Shown here one piece after another: positions 59,188-64,000 of a DNA stretch of 64,000 nucleotides. Under the pieces are notes generated by a model that saw only the letters and a list, made by a program, of their open reading frames with translations, did no database searches and had not been told where the DNA came from. The position numbers were made by a program, and so were the translations under genes. The stretch's first letter is position 1. The number at the start of each line of letters is the position of its first letter. Source of the DNA: Candidatus Heimdallarchaeum endolithica (GTDB lineage Archaea > Asgardarchaeota > Heimdallarchaeia > Heimdallarchaeales > Heimdallarchaeaceae); contig CP084167.1 of the NCBI GenBank assembly GCA_021513715.1, forward strand, positions 1,696,001-1,760,000. Direction: 5' to 3'.

Positions 59188-59703
59188 TTATTTCTTATTT
59201 AAGGAATATTCAGATTCTTGTATTAGAAGTTTTTTCTTCAGTTCAATTCCTCCTTCTGCAGAAAAATCACCTATTTTTCCATTGGATAAGATAACCCTAT
59301 GACAAGGAATAATTGGAGAAAAACGGTTTTTTGCCATTACGCTACCTACAAATCTAGCTGCATTAGGCAGTCCAGCTAATTTAGCTAATTTACCATAAGA
59401 AATTGTTTTTCCTACAGGAATTGTGATTAACGCCTTTAATACCTGAATTTCTTTGTTTGTGTAGCCAGAGAAATCAAATTCAATCTTTGGAATTTCATAG
59501 TTCACACCGTTTACTATGTTATTTATTACTCTGATTATTGGATGTTCATATTCAATCACTTCAACATCTTCATTGCACCTTGACCTTAGATAAGAGAGAA
59601 GTCTTTCTTTTGTTGAAAAATTATAGGTAGAATAGAACAATTTATTATTTCTAAGAATTATTCCCGTCCAAGTTTTTCCATTTTTTGAAAATATAAGTTG
59701 CAT
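59188..59703 (-). CDS. ogt: Methylated-DNA-protein-cysteine methyltransferase
   Basis: GKTISYG, ARFVG and IPCHRV motifs. Confidence 0.95.
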   Translation of the reverse strand: MQLIFSKNGKTWTGIILRNNKLFYSTYNFSTKERLLSYLRSRCNEDVEVIEYEHPIIRVINNIVNGVNYEIPKIEFDFSGYTNKEIQVLKALITIPVGKTISYGKLAKLAGLPNAARFVGSVMAKNRFSPIIPCHRVILSNGKIGDFSAEGGIELKKKLLIQESEYSLNKK

Positions 59704-59893
59704 TTGATATTAGGAGCCCTCACATGCATTTATTTTTTACGTAATTTACAATTGTTGAGAAAGATAGAGAAAGAAAAAGGGAGAAAAGAGAGGAAGGAGA
59801 GGGGTTTTTATAGGGAAAAAAAGTAGAAGAAAAAGAGGAGAAGAAAAAAAAGAAAACAAAGGAAAAAGGAAAGGAAGGAAGGAAGGAAAAAGA

Positions 59894-61345
59894 ATGATGG
59901 AGGACGTCGTCAAAACCTTGAAAGTGAGAATAAAGAAGGAGGTATTGACGACGAGGAAGAAGGAAAGGTTAAGGAGAATATCGGGGAGAGATACGAGGAT
60001 AATAGAAAAGTATGTGAGAATAATACATCATAACAGAAGAAAAATATGTACTAAAACTAAAAAAGGGAAAATAAGGGTACACAGAGGAAAACTAGATGAA
60101 CTGACGCTAACTACTTCAAAAGTTAAAGAAGAAGAGAGAAGAAAGACTGTTCCTCACGATTTCAAGAAAATGTTCCCTTATTGTTCCCACAATGAATTCC
60201 AAGAGTGTAGAGATATAGCCGTACAATTATATGAGCAAGGGTATAGACCCCGTTCTACTCGTCCTCCAATAAAGAGAGCAAGAAGACAACTAATTAATGC
60301 AAAGAGGTTCATCCTTGTCCATTTACCTAAAGAGAAGAAGAATACTCTCACTCGTTGGTGGGTGGGGATAAGAGACTCGTTAGATACGTGGAGAAGAAAC
60401 ACCCCTTATCATCAGAAACTATGGTTACCTTTAGAGATGAGCACTTTCCACCAGAAGGAATTAAAGAAAGGGCGAATAAAAAGTCTAGAACTAAGATATA
60501 AACGTTCTACACGTGAGTGGTGGGTGTATTTCCAATTAAAAGTTCTTCCTTCTTCTTTTTATCCTCCTGAAGAAAAAAGTTCTTCTTCTCTTCCCCCAGC
60601 TGTGCTGGGAATAGATCTAGGGATAAACATTCCTGCTGCAGGAGTGTTACTGACCCCTAAAAAGAAATTAACAAACAAAGAAATAAAATTCTGGCATACC
60701 AAACAGTGGAATAGAGTCAATCATCGATATAAACTCAAACTTTCCCGTCTTCAGAGGAAAGCGGCTTTAAATGACCAGTCGGGTAAAAAACACCATATTT
60801 ACCGTTTTCTCGGTCTTCTCCGAAGAAGATATAGAAACGTTAAACGAGCTTATAATCACCAATTTATAAGTGAGGTTATGCAGACGATAGAGACTTATGC
60901 ACAAGTGTATGACCTTTTTGTCGTTGTAGGTTACCCTAAACATGTTCGCGAGGAGAAAGGAAAAGATAAAAGTACTCATAATTTTCGTAGAAAACTTCAC
61001 CAGTGGAATTTTTCTTTAGTTCTTACTCTTCTCCGTTGGGCATTGATATTAAGCGGTTTTGAACCTCACCGAATATTAACCGTGGAGGAAAGAGGGACAT
61101 CTTCTCACTGTGCTCGTTGTGGAAGGAAAGTTATCCGTCCCGTTAGAGGTTTAGTCCATTGCCCCTCTTGTGGTTATACTTTCCACTCTGACCTCACAGG
61201 AGCAATGAATATCGCTCGTAAATTCCTCGGGGCTCTTTTCCGTCCTCGAGGAACAACTATCACTGATTACCTCACTGGTCAAAGATACAGTTCTACTCAT
61301 TTCACTGTTTGCCTAGGGCTCAGCCATTGGTTGCAGTCCCAGTAG
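59894..61345 (+). CDS. tnpB: TnpB-family RNA-guided nuclease
   Basis: RuvC-I LGIDLG, VVGYP at the RuvC-II site with E in VEERGTS, zinc finger CARC/CPSC and RuvC-III HSDLTGAMNIA. Confidence 0.9.
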   Translation: MMEDVVKTLKVRIKKEVLTTRKKERLRRISGRDTRIIEKYVRIIHHNRRKICTKTKKGKIRVHRGKLDELTLTTSKVKEEERRKTVPHDFKKMFPYCSHNEFQECRDIAVQLYEQGYRPRSTRPPIKRARRQLINAKRFILVHLPKEKKNTLTRWWVGIRDSLDTWRRNTPYHQKLWLPLEMSTFHQKELKKGRIKSLELRYKRSTREWWVYFQLKVLPSSFYPPEEKSSSSLPPAVLGIDLGINIPAAGVLLTPKKKLTNKEIKFWHTKQWNRVNHRYKLKLSRLQRKAALNDQSGKKHHIYRFLGLLRRRYRNVKRAYNHQFISEVMQTIETYAQVYDLFVVVGYPKHVREEKGKDKSTHNFRRKLHQWNFSLVLTLLRWALILSGFEPHRILTVEERGTSSHCARCGRKVIRPVRGLVHCPSCGYTFHSDLTGAMNIARKFLGALFRPRGTTITDYLTGQRYSSTHFTVCLGLSHWLQSQ

Positions 61346-61576
61346 ACAAAAAGGAAAGTGACTCCTTCTCTCTTGTAGGAGGAGGAAATCTTTCTTTCTT
61401 TTTTGTCTCTCGTGGAGTGAAGAAAAGAACTCACAACTCTTTTCATCTTTATGATTCCCACGATTCGTGTATGATGTCTGTCTCACCCTCTTCATGACAT
61501 TGTATGACTTGGTTGAGTTCCAGAGATTAAACCCCTTCAGTTAGTTTTCTCTCTTGCAAGACAGAGTGCGAAAAAC
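61300..61576 (+). ncRNA. Candidate omega/reRNA scaffold
   Basis: Noncoding region at the tnpB 3' end with hairpins (e.g. CTCACC/GGTTGAG enclosing a TCATG...TATGA stem); position expected for TnpB guide RNAs. Confidence 0.5.
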
Positions 61577-61669
61577 TTTACGTAAAAAAGTAAATCATGT
61601 AATTAAAATTATTGGAATGAAATAAATAAAAAACAAAAATAATAGTGAAAACACAAAAATCTGTACTTA

Positions 61670-62482
61670 TTATTTTTCTTTGTTAATATTTTCAAGCATT
61701 TTGGTTACAATTTCATCAAAAACGCTTTTAGTTAGATCATCTAATTTCACAGCTGGTTTTCCTATGTCTCCAGCCTCACATATCTTTGGAATTAGTGGAA
61801 CAGCACCTAAAAATGGGATATTAAGCATCTTTGCAACATTTTTTCCTCCATCTTTAGCGAAGATGTAAGTGATATTTCCACAATGTTCACACTTGAAACC
61901 ACTCATATTTTCAACAATTCCTAGAATTGGAGTGTTAGTAACATTTGCAAAATTGATAGATTTTCTTACATCCAGTAGAGATACTGCTTGTGGAGTAGTA
62001 ACAACTACCATTCCATTTAAATCTTTAATTGTTTGTACGATTGACAATGGCTCATCACTACTTCCAGGAGGTAGATCAACAATTAGAAAATCAAGTTCTC
62101 CCCATGCAACATCGCCTATGAGTTGCTTTAAGCCTTTTATTTTTAGAGGACCGCGCCAAATAATAGCTTTACTTTTATCTTCAAGTAAAAACTCCATAGA
62201 AACAACTTTAACATTTCCTGCTTCAATTGGAAGTATCTTGTTTCCTTCAGACATTAGTTGTTCATTTTCTACTCCCAACATCAAAGGTACATTTGGTCCA
62301 GTTATATCTGCATCAAGAATACCTACCTTATATCCTTTATCTGCTAAAGTTTGAGCAATGTTAACTGTAACAGTTGTTTTTCCTGTTCCTCCTTTTCCGC
62401 TCAAAACAGCTATTTTATATTTGATCTTACTGAGTGTTTCCTCAATTTTTTGATCTTCTTCAGATTTTAATTTTAGTTCCAT
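61670..62482 (-). CDS. Mrp/NBP35 Fe-S carrier ATPase
   Basis: SGKGGTGKT, DADITGP, DLPPG and ENMSGFKCEHC motifs. Confidence 0.95.
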   Translation of the reverse strand: MELKLKSEEDQKIEETLSKIKYKIAVLSGKGGTGKTTVTVNIAQTLADKGYKVGILDADITGPNVPLMLGVENEQLMSEGNKILPIEAGNVKVVSMEFLLEDKSKAIIWRGPLKIKGLKQLIGDVAWGELDFLIVDLPPGSSDEPLSIVQTIKDLNGMVVVTTPQAVSLLDVRKSINFANVTNTPILGIVENMSGFKCEHCGNITYIFAKDGGKNVAKMLNIPFLGAVPLIPKICEAGDIGKPAVKLDDLTKSVFDEIVTKMLENINKEK

Positions 62483-62647
62483 TTTAATCCCTTCTTTTCG
62501 TTATGAAAACCAAATAAATAATTTAAAAACAATTTGTTTCGTCAATTTTTTTGAATTTTAAGAATAAACTTGGTGCCCCCTAGCTTAATACTTGATTGAA
62601 CTTTTTTATGTGATTAAAAGTTTATAATAAAAAAATTAAATAGAAAT

Positions 62648-63802
62648 CTATTTTAGTTTCTCAGTTGATTTAAAATCTCTATATAAAGATAATTCTTCTA
62701 GAATCCTTTTATCATCAGAAGTAAGTTCATTTGCGACTAATCTAAACAATAGTTCACCAAGTCCAGGTCCTAACATAAAACCTTGTCCACACATTCCAAC
62801 TGCATTAATATATCCTTTAATTTCATTTACTGGTCCAACAATAGGGCTACCGTCTGGAGTCATAGGATAAATACCTCTCCATGTTCTTCGTATTTTCAAA
62901 TGCTTGGTTCTTGGTAATAGTTCAGTTATACGTTGTGCAACTTGAGGAAGAAAAACTGACGTTTCTCTACAATCAGTTCCTGGAATTAAAGGGTCAGGAG
63001 TCAAACAGAGAATAAATTGACCATGTTTGTTTTGATAGAAATAAAAGTTTTTTGTACCAGGACGGCTTCGTATATCAACTACCAATGGTTTAACGAATTT
63101 TTTTACAGGTTCAGTGATACCTGATTCATGTGAATCTGGAAATATAGGGAGATCTATTCCCACCATTTTCCCTATTTTTGATGCTTCAGAGCCTGCAGCG
63201 TTTATAACGAAATCAGTTTCATAAACATTTTTATCAGTTTTAACCTGTTTTACTTGTCCATTTTCTGTCTTGATGTCTGTAACTGTTTCCTCAAAAAAGA
63301 AATCAGCCCCTTCTTTTTTTGCAGCATCATAAAATGCATATGAACAAAGTATAGGTGATGCAGTTCCATCTTCTGGTGAGTAAGTACCTCCTCGTAACTC
63401 TTCATCAACGATTCCAGGCACTAATTCTTTTATTTTCTCTTTAGTTACCCAGTTGATATTTAAACCAGCCTTTTGTTGGATATTTATTGTTTCTTTCAGC
63501 ATTTTCTCATCTTTTTCTGTATAAGCAACAAATACATATCCCCCTTGTTCCCACTCAATATCATGACCGTATTTGTCTTTCCAAGTAGAGAAGATACGTA
63601 TGGAATCAAGACAAATTTTAATTTTAGCAAAACTAGAATGAGTTGCTCTGACACCACCTATTGCACGTTTATTTTGTCCTTGTCCAGTCGCAGTATTACT
63701 TTCTATTACTGCAACTTTCAATCCTCTTTTCGCTGTTGATAAAGCAGTGGGAACTCCTACACTTCCTCCGCCTATAATTACAACATCATACTTTTTATTC
63801 AT
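62648..63802 (-). CDS. FAD-dependent oxidoreductase (sarcosine oxidase beta / dye-linked proline dehydrogenase beta-like)
   Basis: IIGGGSVG, TPDGSPIVG and GQGFMLGP motifs. Confidence 0.9.
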   Translation of the reverse strand: MNKKYDVVIIGGGSVGVPTALSTAKRGLKVAVIESNTATGQGQNKRAIGGVRATHSSFAKIKICLDSIRIFSTWKDKYGHDIEWEQGGYVFVAYTEKDEKMLKETINIQQKAGLNINWVTKEKIKELVPGIVDEELRGGTYSPEDGTASPILCSYAFYDAAKKEGADFFFEETVTDIKTENGQVKQVKTDKNVYETDFVINAAGSEASKIGKMVGIDLPIFPDSHESGITEPVKKFVKPLVVDIRSRPGTKNFYFYQNKHGQFILCLTPDPLIPGTDCRETSVFLPQVAQRITELLPRTKHLKIRRTWRGIYPMTPDGSPIVGPVNEIKGYINAVGMCGQGFMLGPGLGELLFRLVANELTSDDKRILEELSLYRDFKSTEKLK

Positions 63803-64000
63803 TTTTTTTCTCCTCCTTTGATGAAAAATTCTTTAGAGGTACTTCAACAAAGAGGGGTCTTTTTGAAGATGGCTTATATTCTCCTGGTTTATAGCCTTCC
63901 TCTCTATAAATGCGCTCAATTAGTGAAGAACAAGTTTTTCCTCCACATGCACCTAAACCAGCACGTGTAATTGCTTTTAGTTCATTCATATCTTTAACAC
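63795..64000 (-). CDS. C-terminus of a BFD-like (2Fe-2S) domain subunit (5' end outside the window)
   Basis: NELKAITRAGLGACGGKTC...RPL. Confidence 0.85.
   Translation of the reverse strand, partial: VKDMNELKAITRAGLGACGGKTCSSLIERIYREEGYKPGEYKPSSKRPLFVEVPLKNFSSKEEKKNE

Larger units (their letters stand above)
59745..61576 (+). mobile_element. TnpB-only element (boundaries inferred)
   Basis: Abrupt composition change; flanked by TTTACGTAA direct repeats (59736-59744 and 61577-61585); no transposase gene inside. Confidence 0.6.

Noticed and set aside
59894-61600. Cas12f with a CRISPR array
   Set aside because: No repeat-spacer array or cas genes are visible anywhere in the window.
2154-63739. 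Numerous 60-160 aa ORFs antisense or out of frame within confident genes (e.g. 5784, 23907, 39818, 61869)
   Set aside because: Shadow ORFs with no motifs. The exception is 56312..56497, retained as the leuS +1 coupling frame.
1-64000. tRNA or rRNA genes
   Set aside because: No GC-rich cloverleaf with a GTTC(G/A)A T-loop and no rRNA-length GC-rich segment was seen.

Overview
This is an AT-rich archaeal chromosome segment from an Asgard archaeon (Heimdallarchaeia-like, inferred from gene content). It carries a ubiquitin/ESCRT cluster (Vps2/24/46, Vps20/32/60, Vps4, Vps25, Ubl, E1, Vps22/36, a UEV-Vps23-Vps28 fusion and a Rab-like GTPase). It also has a bona fide actin, roadblock/longin proteins, thermosome, prefoldin, dispersed V/A-type ATPase membrane subunits, hut genes, three aminoacyl-tRNA synthetases, two copies of a ~1 kb DDE insertion sequence, and a TnpB element with a Fanzor-like rearranged RuvC. 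The main finding concerns all three aaRS genes (proS, thrS, leuS). Each has a hairpin leader containing a tiny uORF with a prfB-like cassette, GGU-GA(A/C)-U(A/U)U-(GUU/GAA)-[codon for the enzyme's own amino acid]. In all three, the +1 frame stays open from that codon to a stop that abuts or overlaps the aaRS start codon. This suggests an undescribed hungry-codon +1 frameshift and translational-coupling switch for aaRS feedback control. All calls are from manual reading; no database searches were run.
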